51,553 bases of DNA from a bacterium (GCA_041690355.1 JAWLHK010000004.1:248001-299553), one strand, 5' to 3'. Shown: positions 1 through 10,540, numbered from the stretch's first letter. A program made the numbers and translations. Notes: a model not told the origin generated them from the letters alone.

Positions 1-1022
1 ACGGACGGGCTTTCGCGCCCGAACAGATCCGTCGCCGTGACGTAGATGATATCGTCGGGTTCTTCGACGTTGCCGGGGACGCTGCCATCGCCGATGCCGA
101 CCGGTCCGAACGAGCCGTCCTCTCGAACGAGCACCTCGCCCAACTGCCGGCTCAGGTTGCGATCGGCGTACACGCGCAGCCGCGTTCCGGCTTCGGCGGC
201 ATCGGCGAGCCCTTCGAGACGATCCTCCGATCCGGGGGGCGCCGTGTGCACGACCAGCCGGTCAACCAACGGGGGATACGGCGGGTTCGTCTTGACGACG
301 ATGTCGTCGGTGACGGCCTCGGCAAACTCGCCGTAGGAATTGAAAAAACGCGCGTATACGGTCTTGCGCCCCTGCCCCGCAGACAGTTGGAAGCCGACCG
401 TGCCGCCGGCGACGAAGGAGATCGGCAAGACCGCGTCGAGGTCGGCAGACGATTCAGCCAGGGAGACGCGCGCGCCGTTCACCGCCTGCAGGCGAACCGC
501 GACCGTGTGAGAACGGGTCTCGGGCCGGTCGTCGTCGAGGACGATCGAGAGCCCCGAGAGCGGCAGGGGGGGCTCCTCCTCCATCCCCGAAGTCTCGTCC
601 GGATCGGCGGGCTGCTCCTCGCCGCCGTCGGCGTCGGTGGCCCGGACGACGACGATGACACCCGGCAGACCACCCGAACCGACACCGAGCGCGCGCCCGT
701 CGGCGCGCGCGTCGCCGTCGACGTCGACCACGGCATCGAACCGGCCTTCGACGCGGAACACGGCGCGGCCCCCGGCATCGGTGCGCGCCGAGGTCCAGTC
801 TGTCGCAACGGCCGGATAACGCTCCCGCGCATCGGCAGGGGCCAGGTAAACGGAAACGCCGGCGGCCGGCGTACGGGAGTCGTAGGTCGACCCGCCGCGC
901 ACGATACGGTCGAGCCAGACGACATGAACCGAAAGGTCGGCACCGACCTCATCGCGCCCGCACGCCGCGCTGAGCAGCAGAAGCGACGCAACGAGCGGGC
1001 GGATGTGCGTTTTCGGCTCCAT
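1..1022 (-). CDS. Lipoprotein with Ig-like repeat (runs off the left edge; absent from the ORF track)
   Basis: ATG at 1022 gives MEPKTHIRPLVASLLLLSAAC (lipobox). The frame is open to the window edge. Contains FQLSAGQGRKTVYARFFN...DDIVVKTNPP, similar to repeats in the 4599-8762 protein. Confidence 0.8.
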   Translation of the reverse strand, partial: MEPKTHIRPLVASLLLLSAACGRDEVGADLSVHVVWLDRIVRGGSTYDSRTPAAGVSVYLAPADARERYPAVATDWTSARTDAGGRAVFRVEGRFDAVVDVDGDARADGRALGVGSGGLPGVIVVVRATDADGGEEQPADPDETSGMEEEPPLPLSGLSIVLDDDRPETRSHTVAVRLQAVNGARVSLAESSADLDAVLPISFVAGGTVGFQLSAGQGRKTVYARFFNSYGEFAEAVTDDIVVKTNPPYPPLVDRLVVHTAPPGSEDRLEGLADAAEAGTRLRVYADRNLSRQLGEVLVREDGSFGPVGIGDGSVPGNVEEPDDIIYVTATDLFGRESPS

Positions 1023-1085
1023 GGCGTGACCGCACACAGTCTATCACGCGCGCAGACCGGTCAACCAACCGGGTCGCTGCGGCCG

Positions 1086-3134
1086 CTACAGCCCGGCAGA
1101 CTCAATCAAATCGTAGAGCGCCACCAGGAAGTTGTACCCCTGTGGATCGCGCGCCATCTCGAGCTCCCGTCCCCAGTACCAGAGGTCGGGCACGGTGCGC
1201 AGATACCCGAACGGATAGCTGGTGAAGCTCTCCCGGTCGACCGCGAGCTCGTCCAGGGGAAATCGATAGGTACCCGCCTGACGCGCGGCCAGCGCGATCC
1301 CGCGATCACGAAGCGATTCGGCACGGGCCAGCGCGCGGGCCCAAGCGAGGTCGTCGCCGCGCACGCCGGCGAGTACGACGTCGTAAAGAGACCGCATGAA
1401 GCGCGCGCGTATGGCATTCATCTGCAGGCCCAGCAGAAACTCCCGGTGGATGCGGCGGGGCGGCGCGGGAATGCGGTCGCCGAGCGTAGCCCAGCGCTGT
1501 GCATGTCCTTCACTCTCTTCAACGATGCCGTCGAGCTGGGGCAGTTCGGCGGCGGCAAAGGCCTCGGCCGCAGCGAGGTCCATTTTCGCGACTTCGTAGA
1601 GCCGCACCCGGATGGGCTGCGCGTGGATATCCGCGAAGTGCCCGATATCATCCGCGGCGTCCCAGGCAATGAGCCAGCGGATACCGTTCTTCTCGAGCAG
1701 TTCGTCGCCCTGCCAGCGGGTGTGCGCGTCGAAGGCGGCGACCGCGTCATCGGCCGCGGAACCGAACATGCTGAAGACGCGGCGCACGGGCGCGAGATAG
1801 TCGGCATCGGGAGCGTAAACGTGCCAGGCCGCCGCCAGATCGTTCAGCCAGTATCCCCATTCGAAACCCGAACTGAAGTTGATCTGCCCGTCCATGCCGC
1901 TGTCGCGCAGGTTGTACAGATCGAGCCAGCGCGCGTAGACGTACTGGGGAAGAAAGAGCGGGATGTCGTTGTCGAACGTCACCCAGTAGGCCGTCTCGGG
2001 GTAGTAGAAGACCTCGCGCTTCCCGATCTCCTGCAGCAGGAACTCGCGCATGTCGGTGAAATCCTCCCTGTCGTAGGTCGGTCCCGTACGATACAGGTCG
2101 TACCATTGCACGCTATGCGGCATGACCCCTACGTTGCCGTCGGCGAACTGCGGAATATAATTGAAGTTCATGTCGCCGAAGCTCGGGGCTTTCTGATTGA
2201 CCGTGCAGTGCACCTTGGTGGCCGCGCGCACGCCCGGCCATGCCTCGTCGAGATAATCGGCGAGAAATTCGAGAAGCTCCACCTGTTCCACATCGGAGAC
2301 GGGAAAGAACTCGCTCGCTCCCATTTCGACGTTGATACGATCCCAGCCCGCCTGCATGAGCCAGTCGACACTGGCGGCGATCTGCTCGGTGGCCGGCGCG
2401 GGATTCTCGCCGTCGACGAGGAAGAAGGAATTCTGCTGGCGGAACGCAATGGGCGCGACGATACCCATCGCAAATCCGCGCGCGTGGGCCCGGCTCACCA
2501 TCTCGGACGCGTGAATAATCCACCGTTCGTCGTCGACAGTGCGCAGTAGATTCCACTCCAGGTAATTCTGACGGCGCGCAATCAGCCAGCCGAGAAACCG
2601 GTCGAAGCGCTCGAGCACGGCCGGGTCGTGTCCGAGCAGCGTCGACTCGTATTCGATGGGATGCATGGTGTGCACATGCGTTCCGCGCATCGAGTACGTG
2701 GGGCTGAACGTCTCGTCGACGGTCCCCACGCAAGCGACGCAGAGCGCCGGCGGAAAATACGTCTCTTCCGGATGCAGAAAGAGTATGCCCGCGCGCTCGA
2801 GGATCTCGTAGGCGCCGTACTGCAGCCCGAGCGCGTCGGTGGCGCGGACGGCGTACCGGCCCGCTGCGCCTTCGATGCGGAATGCACCCGCGATCAGCGC
2901 CGGATCGTCTACCCGATGCAGCGCAATGGTCATTTCCGGCGATCCGCTCCAGTCCAGGCGTCCGTCGGGGTCGCGGGCGTCGAGATCCTTGCGGAGAACG
3001 ACCGGCAGATCGCCCGCGCCCGCACCGTCGACGATCGCGAGCGGCAGCGGCTCGAGGCGCACCTCGCCGCCGGACGGAACATCGACCGAACAGGCCGCGA
3101 ACAGAAGCAGAGCGGGAAGCAGGGCGCGTTTCAT
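1086..3134 (-). CDS. Uncharacterised lipoprotein with glycoside-hydrolase-like (GH20/GH67 N-terminal-type) domain
   Basis: Start MKRALLPALLLFAAC at 3134 with upstream AGGAG. YAVRATDALGLQYGAYEILERAG resembles the N-terminal domain of GH20/GH67-type hydrolases. The longer ORF-track start overlaps mvaS. Confidence 0.75.
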   Translation of the reverse strand: MKRALLPALLLFAACSVDVPSGGEVRLEPLPLAIVDGAGAGDLPVVLRKDLDARDPDGRLDWSGSPEMTIALHRVDDPALIAGAFRIEGAAGRYAVRATDALGLQYGAYEILERAGILFLHPEETYFPPALCVACVGTVDETFSPTYSMRGTHVHTMHPIEYESTLLGHDPAVLERFDRFLGWLIARRQNYLEWNLLRTVDDERWIIHASEMVSRAHARGFAMGIVAPIAFRQQNSFFLVDGENPAPATEQIAASVDWLMQAGWDRINVEMGASEFFPVSDVEQVELLEFLADYLDEAWPGVRAATKVHCTVNQKAPSFGDMNFNYIPQFADGNVGVMPHSVQWYDLYRTGPTYDREDFTDMREFLLQEIGKREVFYYPETAYWVTFDNDIPLFLPQYVYARWLDLYNLRDSGMDGQINFSSGFEWGYWLNDLAAAWHVYAPDADYLAPVRRVFSMFGSAADDAVAAFDAHTRWQGDELLEKNGIRWLIAWDAADDIGHFADIHAQPIRVRLYEVAKMDLAAAEAFAAAELPQLDGIVEESEGHAQRWATLGDRIPAPPRRIHREFLLGLQMNAIRARFMRSLYDVVLAGVRGDDLAWARALARAESLRDRGIALAARQAGTYRFPLDELAVDRESFTSYPFGYLRTVPDLWYWGRELEMARDPQGYNFLVALYDLIESAGL

Positions 3135-3317
3135 GAGGTCGACTCCTCTTTGGGACGGAAGGGTAGTATACCAAACGCGCGCAACGATCAATCTCGTGAA
3201 CGGGTGTATGCTCGCATTTGTGCTACATATCCGACCGATCGGTTTGTTGATGCGGCTGCAGTCGTATGCTAGCTTGCACGATGTATACAACTGTTCACTC
3301 ACGGCCCCGGAGAATCC

Positions 3318-4496
3318 ATGATCGGTATCGACGCCCTCGGCTACGCCTTTCCCCGTCATTACCTGCCGCTTTCGGCCCTCGCCCGCGCCCGCGGCGCGGC
3401 CCCCGAGAAGTTCGAGCGCGGGCTCGGCTGCGTGCGCATGGCCGTACCGCATCCGGCCGAAGACACCGTAACGCTCGCCGCCGCCGCCGCGCGCGAAGCC
3501 CTGGCCACCGGGAAAGTTTCGCCCGCCGACATCGGGCTCCTGATCGTCGGCACCGAGACGGCTGTCGATCACGCCAAGCCCGTCGCGTCCTATGTGCAGG
3601 GGCTGCTCAATCTTCCGGCCGACTGCCGGGTGTTCGAAATCAAGCACGCCTGCTATGGCGGAACAGCGGGGATCCTCACGGCCTGCGAGTGGATCGCTTC
3701 GGGCGCCAACCGGGGGCGCAAGGCGCTCGTGATCGCCGCCGACATCGCCCGGTATCCGCTGGGGAGTCCGGGAGAGCCGACGCAGGGGGCCGGGGCCGCG
3801 GCACTGGTGATCGCGGCCGATCCGCGGATTGCCGAAGTCGACTTCCTGCACACCGGCCGGCACAGCCGCGACGTGCACGACTTCTGGCGGCCTCTCTCCG
3901 AATCGGACGCCCGCGTCGACGGCGCGTTCTCGCTGGCCTGCTACATGGAGGGGGTGCGGGAGTCGTACGCCCGGTACCTGGCCACGGGAGGAGAAGCGGA
4001 AGCGGCCTGCGACGCCCTGCTCTTCCACATGCCCTTCGCGCGCATGGCCGAGAAGGCGCACGCCGAGCTGCTCGCGGCAGCACGGGGCCCGCTCGAAGCG
4101 GAAAGCATCAGCCAGGACTTCGAACGCCGGGTGGCGCCGGGAACGGCGATTGCGAGAGCGGTGGGCAACACCTACAGCGCTTCGCTATGGTGCGGTCTGG
4201 CCGGCCTGCTGCACGCGGGCGACCTTCCGCGTGACACACGCGTCGGCTGTTATTCCTACGGCAGCGGATTCTGCGCCGAGTTCTTCACGCTGCGCATGCT
4301 GACGCCTGAGATCATGCTCCCCTCCGTGGACGCGCTGGCCGTACGGCAGGAGATCGACGTCGCCACCTACGAAGCCTGGCGAGGGCTCCGAATGCAGAAC
4401 GACGGATGGGATCTTCCGTCCGATCTGCCGTTCGCCTTCGTCGGACGCGTCGACGAAGTCCGGCGGTACAGGGCCGCGGAACCCCTTTCTTCCTGA
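3318..4496 (+). CDS. mvaS: Hydroxymethylglutaryl-CoA synthase
   Basis: GTETAVDHAKP, EIKHACYGGT (catalytic Cys), GEPTQGAGA, FHMPF, GNTYSASLW, SYGSG motifs; GGAG RBS. Confidence 0.92.
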   Translation: MIGIDALGYAFPRHYLPLSALARARGAAPEKFERGLGCVRMAVPHPAEDTVTLAAAAAREALATGKVSPADIGLLIVGTETAVDHAKPVASYVQGLLNLPADCRVFEIKHACYGGTAGILTACEWIASGANRGRKALVIAADIARYPLGSPGEPTQGAGAAALVIAADPRIAEVDFLHTGRHSRDVHDFWRPLSESDARVDGAFSLACYMEGVRESYARYLATGGEAEAACDALLFHMPFARMAEKAHAELLAAARGPLEAESISQDFERRVAPGTAIARAVGNTYSASLWCGLAGLLHAGDLPRDTRVGCYSYGSGFCAEFFTLRMLTPEIMLPSVDALAVRQEIDVATYEAWRGLRMQNDGWDLPSDLPFAFVGRVDEVRRYRAAEPLSS

Positions 4497-4598
4497 GAGG
4501 TTTCGGCAGGCGCAAAGATTCGGGCAAATGTGATCCACCGCATTGCAGGCGCGCGCAACCGCATGATTGAATGACCCTTGGGAACCTGGAGCGCAATC

Positions 4599-7500
4599 AT
4601 GACATACCGCACACGAGGCGCATCGGCCGCCGCACTGTTTCTCGTTTCGCTGGTCTCGGCCTGCGGAGCCGACCTGGATCACGCCGGACCGTTCGATCCG
4701 CTGGCGCCCGCCGAGCAACAGGCGCGGGCACGGCTCACCGGCACCGTCCGGCTCGAGGGGGAATCGGACCACCAGGGCGTCGCCGTCGAATTGCAGAGCG
4801 GCATGCATACGTACACGGTGGAGTCGCGGCCCGACGGCAGCTTCGAGCTCGCGGGGATTGTCCCCGGTGTCTACCGTGTGCGGATGCACGCCCGCTACTT
4901 CCAGACGGTAGAGGAGCAGATCACCTTCGCACTCGGCGCCACGGTCGAACTGGAAGGGCGCCGGCTGCCGGCGCGTACGGTCGACGTCTCCGGCACCGCC
5001 CTTGCGGAACGCATCCTCAACCGGCAGTCGCTGATTGAAGGCGGGGTGCTGCTCAGCCTGCAGAAGAGCGGCTCGATCCGCACCGGCGGCGCGCAGGGGG
5101 CCCCCGGCGCCTATCAGCCGATGGCCTCGGCGGTGACGGCCATGGGAACGGTCTCGGGCATCGACGGCTCCTTCACGTTCCGGGACGTACCCGCCGGCGT
5201 ATACGTGCTCGTCGCCTCGGGTTCGGGCATGGGGCTCCAGAAAGTCGAGGGGATTCAGGTGACCGGAGATGAGTCGGTCGTCCTTGAAGAGATCTTTCTC
5301 GAACCGCTCACCGGCTGGGTCGACGTCATCGGGTCGACCGGCGCGGGAGAGCGCGAAGACGTAACCAGTACGCGCGGCGTCACTCTGCGTCTGGCGGGAT
5401 TCAGCGCCGATCGCGTGGCCCTCGGCGAAAGCGCCACCGGGTTCGGCAGCGACTGCCTGTTCGACGACCCGATTGCATATCAGGCCTCTGTCTCTTTCGA
5501 GCTGTCGCCCGGCGACGGACTGAAGACCGTGTGCGCGAAGTACTTCGGCGCGGGGGACCGCGAGACCGAGGCATTTCTCGATCAGATCGTCCTCGACACG
5601 ACCGGGCCGCACAGCGCGGCGATCGTCCTTGCGCCCGAGGTGCCGGGGGGCGCCGAGTACCTCACCGACCCGGGTGGGCTGACCATGCTCGCCCTGAGCG
5701 CGGCCGATGCGCTGGGGGCGGTGACCCGCATGCGGCTCGCGAATCTCACGTCCGGCACCTGCAACGACGCCGTCTACGAACCCGCCGAGAGCTTCGCGTC
5801 GACCCGCGCGTGGATGGTCGCGAACCCGGGCACGGGCCGCGAAGCGGCGCGTACCGTCTGCGTGCAATTTCAGGACGAAGCGGGCAACTGGAGCGCGCCG
5901 GTAAGCGACGATATCTTCTACGACACGCTGGCCCCCACCATCGGTCCCGTCGCGCTGCTCGGCATAGAAGGGGTGCCAGGCCGCACGCGGGAGCAGCGGG
6001 TCGCCGTCGACCTCGGCAGCGCTTCGGCCGACGCCGACTGGATGATCGTCGCGAACGACAGCGGCTTTCTGGGCGCGACCTGGCAGCGCGTCGCTCTCAC
6101 GAGCGGACATTACCTTTCGTCTGGCGAAGGTCTGAAGACCGTCTACGTCAAGGTGCGCGACGTCGCGGGCAACGAGAGCGCCACGTTCGAACCGCAGATC
6201 ACGCTCGATCAGACGGGTCCCGAGGCCCCGGTGCTCGCGCTCGCCGATCTTCCGCTCGACGCCGACTCGTTTCCCCTCAGCAGCACGAGCGTCGAGCTGG
6301 CCTGGACCACCCCCGCAGATCCCAATCTCGCCTGGTACCGGCTCGAACGGTTCGTCGAGGGAATCGACAGCGGCTTTCAGCCCCTCGGCCCGCCGATGCT
6401 GACCGATGCGTTCTACAAGGATTCCGTCGCGGGCACCACCGGGCTCGTTCATCATTACCGCGTACTCGCCGTCGACGATCTGGGCAACGCGTCGTCGTAC
6501 TCCATCGTCGTCACGGCACGCCCGTTCGCGCCCATCGAGGCCATGGTGCAGCTGCGCGGCGAGGCGGATTCCAAGTATTTCGTCCGCCCGAATGCGGGTA
6601 CCTTTCTCCTGTCGGCTGACTGGTACTACGACTCTCCTTTTCCCGGCCTTGAGGTTCGCAGCCAGCTGGGCTTCAACGTCCTGAGCTGGGATCGGGTCTC
6701 GAACTTTTCGGGGTTCAACGACGAGTTCCGCCTGCGCATGTCGAACCAGGACAATACGCTCGTCTACGAAAGCCGCTTCAGCCCGCGCATCGACGAGCGC
6801 GGCTTCGGCGGACTCACCTTCGCCGGCGGCAGCAATGCAAACATCGGCATCGACGCCGCCGGCGGCGTGCACATGCTCTACTCCAATTCGGGTCTGTGGT
6901 ACCTGAGCAACGCCTCGGGCCAATGGTCGGGCGCCGCGCGCTACACCACGATTCTGATCGGCGGCAACCCCAAGGCAGATACCGCGCCGGACGGGACCAC
7001 GGTGGTCATGATGTCGATGGCCGCCGCGCTGGGGCAGCTCCCGGTCGATGTGCGGGCGGCCGACGGCACATGGTCGTCGACACTGCTCAACGACACCACG
7101 GTCTACAACCCGTCGGCCTACCAGATCGTCATGGACGAGTCGGGACGCGCCCACATGGTTTACGCATCGGGGTTGATGTCAGACAGCTTCGGCGACCAGA
7201 TCGGCGTTCGCTACCTCGTGCGCAACGCCGACGGCACGTGGAGCGGCCCATACATCTACGACGGCGCATCGGGTACCCGTGCGACGAATGTTTCCATCGC
7301 GCGCGGCAACGCGCGCACCTGCATGAGCTTCGTGCGCAACTCCACGACCAACGTCTACTACGCTTGCCGTACCGACGCCGGGGGCACGGTGGGTCCGAAC
7401 TATATCGGCACGGGCGCCGCCGAAACCGCGATCGCCGTCGACCGGAACAACGCCGTCCACGTGGCGTACCGGGAGTCGGCGACCAACGACCTCAAGCTCT

Positions 7501-8762
7501 ACTCCTCGTCGGGCGGCGCTACGGTCACCCTCGATGGCGACGGCCAGACGCCGGCCATCGCCGTCGGCGAGAACAACGTCGTGCACGTCGCCTTTCGCAG
7601 CGTCGCCTCGCAGAACCTCGTCTACACGCACAACGCATCGGGCTCCTGGGTGAAACGCACGCTCTCGAGCCTCGGAAACCAGGGGGTCACCCCGGACATC
7701 GCCATCGCGCCCGACGGCGCCGTCCACATCGCCTACAGCGACGCATACAACGGCCAGCTCGGTTACGTGCGGCTTGAACCGCCGCCGGCCCGGATTCTCG
7801 CGCCCCTCACACAGGTCGTCGACGCCGTGCGCACCAGTGACGGAAACGTCCATGTTGCCTACCGGTATACCGCGACGGGCAGCCTCTATTATGGCGTCTG
7901 GAATGGCAGCGCGTGGAGCAGCCGCTATCTGGACGGGGACCTGAGTCTGAACCACGGCCTCGAACTCGCGGTCGACGAATCGACCGGCCGTATTCACATC
8001 GCGTATCTGAACGAGGCCGAGACGGCACTGCGGTACGCGACGGGAATCGCGGCCAGCTGGACCACCGAGCAGGTGATGACCGTCGACGCGGTCACGGCGC
8101 GGCCGCAGATCGCCATCCACGCCGGCACCGTTCACCTCTTCTACAACACGAAGTATGCCGTGGGCACCGCGGGCGTCTGGCAGACCGAATCGAACGGCCA
8201 GCTCCCCAGCGGCGAGTCGGACATGACGGTCGGGGCAGACGGCGTCGTGCACATCGTGGGCTATCCGGCCTACCTCATCGACATCGGCAAGTTGACCCAC
8301 CATTACGGAAGCCGGACCAACTGGACGCAAGGGTTCCATGAAACCGGCTGGTTTCAGACGCCACGCATCCGGGTGGGCGCCGGGGGCAAGGTCGGCATCG
8401 CCGCCGAGTTGAGCAACGATCTGTTCTTCGTCGAGGGGTCGGGCACGTCCTGGAGCCGGCGCATGATAGACACCGCGGGCGACGTCGGTATCGGGGTCGA
8501 CTTCGGCTTCGATCCCGACGGCAGGCTGCACTTCGTCTACGGCGACCAGACGTCCGGCGCGCTGAAGTACGCCACCGACGCCATCGACGGCTCTTTCATC
8601 CCGGTACAGCTGGCCACGAGCGACGTGCTCACCGAGGCGCGCCTGTTCTTCGACGCCGAGGGGAAACCGGAAGTCGTCTTCGGCAACGGCAGCACCATCC
8701 ACTTCTCGGGTTTCCTGCGCGAGCTCGCCGCCGATACGGTCGATCGGACGACGGCTTACTAA
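4599..8762 (+). CDS. Large surface lipoprotein (carboxypeptidase-regulatory-like, Ig/FN3-like repeats, C-terminal beta-propeller-like repeats)
   Basis: Lipobox LVSAC; DGSF(E/T)..VPxGVY modules; three KTVxV...LD(T/Q)TGP-type repeats; many (V/I)H(V/I)AY blades. Confidence 0.8.
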   Translation: MTYRTRGASAAALFLVSLVSACGADLDHAGPFDPLAPAEQQARARLTGTVRLEGESDHQGVAVELQSGMHTYTVESRPDGSFELAGIVPGVYRVRMHARYFQTVEEQITFALGATVELEGRRLPARTVDVSGTALAERILNRQSLIEGGVLLSLQKSGSIRTGGAQGAPGAYQPMASAVTAMGTVSGIDGSFTFRDVPAGVYVLVASGSGMGLQKVEGIQVTGDESVVLEEIFLEPLTGWVDVIGSTGAGEREDVTSTRGVTLRLAGFSADRVALGESATGFGSDCLFDDPIAYQASVSFELSPGDGLKTVCAKYFGAGDRETEAFLDQIVLDTTGPHSAAIVLAPEVPGGAEYLTDPGGLTMLALSAADALGAVTRMRLANLTSGTCNDAVYEPAESFASTRAWMVANPGTGREAARTVCVQFQDEAGNWSAPVSDDIFYDTLAPTIGPVALLGIEGVPGRTREQRVAVDLGSASADADWMIVANDSGFLGATWQRVALTSGHYLSSGEGLKTVYVKVRDVAGNESATFEPQITLDQTGPEAPVLALADLPLDADSFPLSSTSVELAWTTPADPNLAWYRLERFVEGIDSGFQPLGPPMLTDAFYKDSVAGTTGLVHHYRVLAVDDLGNASSYSIVVTARPFAPIEAMVQLRGEADSKYFVRPNAGTFLLSADWYYDSPFPGLEVRSQLGFNVLSWDRVSNFSGFNDEFRLRMSNQDNTLVYESRFSPRIDERGFGGLTFAGGSNANIGIDAAGGVHMLYSNSGLWYLSNASGQWSGAARYTTILIGGNPKADTAPDGTTVVMMSMAAALGQLPVDVRAADGTWSSTLLNDTTVYNPSAYQIVMDESGRAHMVYASGLMSDSFGDQIGVRYLVRNADGTWSGPYIYDGASGTRATNVSIARGNARTCMSFVRNSTTNVYYACRTDAGGTVGPNYIGTGAAETAIAVDRNNAVHVAYRESATNDLKLYSSSGGATVTLDGDGQTPAIAVGENNVVHVAFRSVASQNLVYTHNASGSWVKRTLSSLGNQGVTPDIAIAPDGAVHIAYSDAYNGQLGYVRLEPPPARILAPLTQVVDAVRTSDGNVHVAYRYTATGSLYYGVWNGSAWSSRYLDGDLSLNHGLELAVDESTGRIHIAYLNEAETALRYATGIAASWTTEQVMTVDAVTARPQIAIHAGTVHLFYNTKYAVGTAGVWQTESNGQLPSGESDMTVGADGVVHIVGYPAYLIDIGKLTHHYGSRTNWTQGFHETGWFQTPRIRVGAGGKVGIAAELSNDLFFVEGSGTSWSRRMIDTAGDVGIGVDFGFDPDGRLHFVYGDQTSGALKYATDAIDGSFIPVQLATSDVLTEARLFFDAEGKPEVVFGNGSTIHFSGFLRELAADTVDRTTAY

Positions 8763-8862
8763 GGGGGGCTGGTTTGTCAGCCGGTCCCTTTGCGCGCCGT
8801 CCTCCCTTTGCCGTTCGCTTTAACGGATGGTTAGAATGTCTCCGACGAACCGGAGACGCGAA

Positions 8863-10005
8863 ATGATCCCAGAAAACCGGCCCGCTCAGACCGATCAGGA
8901 TGTTGATCGGCTGGTCCGAGCCGAACAGGTCGAAGTGATTTACCGGCAGGCCATCCCGGCCATGCTGATCAGCATCGCCGTCGCCAGCCTGCTCTCGGCG
9001 ATCCTCTGGGACGTCACCCCGCGAACGAAGCTCATCGCCTGGTTGGCGGCGATTATCGTGGTCGCCCTGGTTCGGGCCGGGATCGTCTTCTTCTACTGGC
9101 GTACCTCGCCGCGCGGCCTTGGCGTGCTCGCCTGGGAACGGCCGTTCATTCTCTCGCTCATGGTTTCGGCCGCGGTGTGGGGCATCGGCGGCTGGCTGCT
9201 GCTTCCCGCCGACTCGACGCTGCACCAGGCCGTCGTCTATTTCTTTCTGATGGGCATGACCGGCGGCTCTGCCGCCTTGTATTCCGCCCATTTCTTCGGG
9301 GTCGCGTTTACGATCCTCATCATCCTGGTGCCTGCCACGGTTGCCCTCTTCGCAGAGAGAGCGCTCATTCCGGTCGGATTGGCGGCGGGCGGCTGCATAT
9401 ACGTTCTTTCGACGCTCCGATCGGCAAAGCTGTTCGCCTTCTTCCGGCGACGCTCTGCGCAGCTTGCCCATGAGCTGAGCCACGCGCACGCCAAGGCCGA
9501 AGAACTGGCGCGAACCGATGAACTGACGGGACTTCACAACCGCCGGTCCTTTCTGGAACTCGGCCGGCTGGTGCTCGACCAGGCGGGCCGCTTCGAACAT
9601 TCTGTTTCGCTCGTGATGCTCGATGTCGACTACTTCAAGCGCATCAACGACACCCACGGCCACGCAGCGGGAGACGCGGCTCTTCAGCATGTCGCCCGGT
9701 TCCTGCAAGAGAACCTGCGAAGCGCCGATATCTGCGGACGGCTCGGGGGCGAAGAATTCGCGGTCCTCCTTCCGGCGACCTCTGCGGACGATGCCCTCGC
9801 GGTGGCCGAAAAGCTGCGGGAATTGCTCGCGGCCTCGCCGGTCGCCTTTCAAGGAATGGAATTCCAGGTGACGGCGAGCTTCGGCGTGGCCGCGACCCCG
9901 GGTCAAGTCGAGGAGCTGCTGCAACGCGCCGACGCGGCTCTCTACCGCGCCAAACACGAGGGGCGCAACCGCGTAATGCTGGATGGCGGGGTGGTTCGGG
10001 CTTAG
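8863..10005 (+). CDS. Membrane-bound diguanylate cyclase (GGDEF)
   Basis: Several hydrophobic helices, then TDELTGLHNRR, DVDYFKRINDTHGHAAGD and RSAD-x5-GGEEF (I-site plus active site). GGAGA RBS before ATG 8863. Confidence 0.92.
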   Translation: MIPENRPAQTDQDVDRLVRAEQVEVIYRQAIPAMLISIAVASLLSAILWDVTPRTKLIAWLAAIIVVALVRAGIVFFYWRTSPRGLGVLAWERPFILSLMVSAAVWGIGGWLLLPADSTLHQAVVYFFLMGMTGGSAALYSAHFFGVAFTILIILVPATVALFAERALIPVGLAAGGCIYVLSTLRSAKLFAFFRRRSAQLAHELSHAHAKAEELARTDELTGLHNRRSFLELGRLVLDQAGRFEHSVSLVMLDVDYFKRINDTHGHAAGDAALQHVARFLQENLRSADICGRLGGEEFAVLLPATSADDALAVAEKLRELLAASPVAFQGMEFQVTASFGVAATPGQVEELLQRADAALYRAKHEGRNRVMLDGGVVRA

Positions 10006-10077
10006 TGCTTCGAATCCGTAACGGTACTGGCGGCGGACCGACCGCCCCGGATATCGTGGAGGCGATAGGAGAATGGA

Positions 10078-10482
10078 ATGAACACGCTCAAGACGCCGCT
10101 CCGATTCGTGCTCGCCGCCGCTATGGTCTTCATCGGCGTGCTTCACTTCGTGCGCCCCGACCCGTTCGTCGCCATCGTTCCGGGCTTTCTCCCCGCCCCC
10201 CTGGCGCTCGTCTGGATCAGCGGCGCCTTCGAAATTCTCGGCGGGCTCGGACTGCTCGTTCCGCAGACGCGGCGCGCGGCGGCCTGGGGGTTGATCCTGC
10301 TTTACATCGCCGTCTTTCCAGCGAACATCAACATGGCGGTCAACGAGATCCCGCTGGATGGCCAGCAAGTTTCTCCTGTCGCCCTCTGGTTGCGGCTCCC
10401 CCTGCAGGCCGTCTTCATCGCGTGGGCCTGGTGGTATACGCAGTGCGAGCCGGCAACGGGCGCGGCGGGAGAAATGGTTTAA
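10078..10482 (+). CDS. DoxX-like membrane protein
   Basis: GVLHFVRPDPF...ISGAFEILGGLGLL...AVFPANINMA; four hydrophobic segments; AGGAG RBS. Confidence 0.85.
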   Translation: MNTLKTPLRFVLAAAMVFIGVLHFVRPDPFVAIVPGFLPAPLALVWISGAFEILGGLGLLVPQTRRAAAWGLILLYIAVFPANINMAVNEIPLDGQQVSPVALWLRLPLQAVFIAWAWWYTQCEPATGAAGEMV

Positions 10483-10540
10483 GGCGCCTGTTCCTGGGTG
10501 ATCGTGAATTCCGCTTCCATTCCAGAGGAAGCTCAACAGC

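Noticed and set aside
246-2549. 767-aa plus-strand ORF and other long antisense ORFs (4185-7154, 8629-10551, 30352-32637, 39772-41820)
   Set aside because: Shadow frames of real genes in high-GC DNA; no recognisable motifs.
10078-10482. DoxX-like gene as the bufferin DoxX (BufD) component
   Set aside because: Opposite strand, separated by a tRNA and terminator, and its motifs look like a generic DoxX-like subfamily; no link can be supported from sequence alone.
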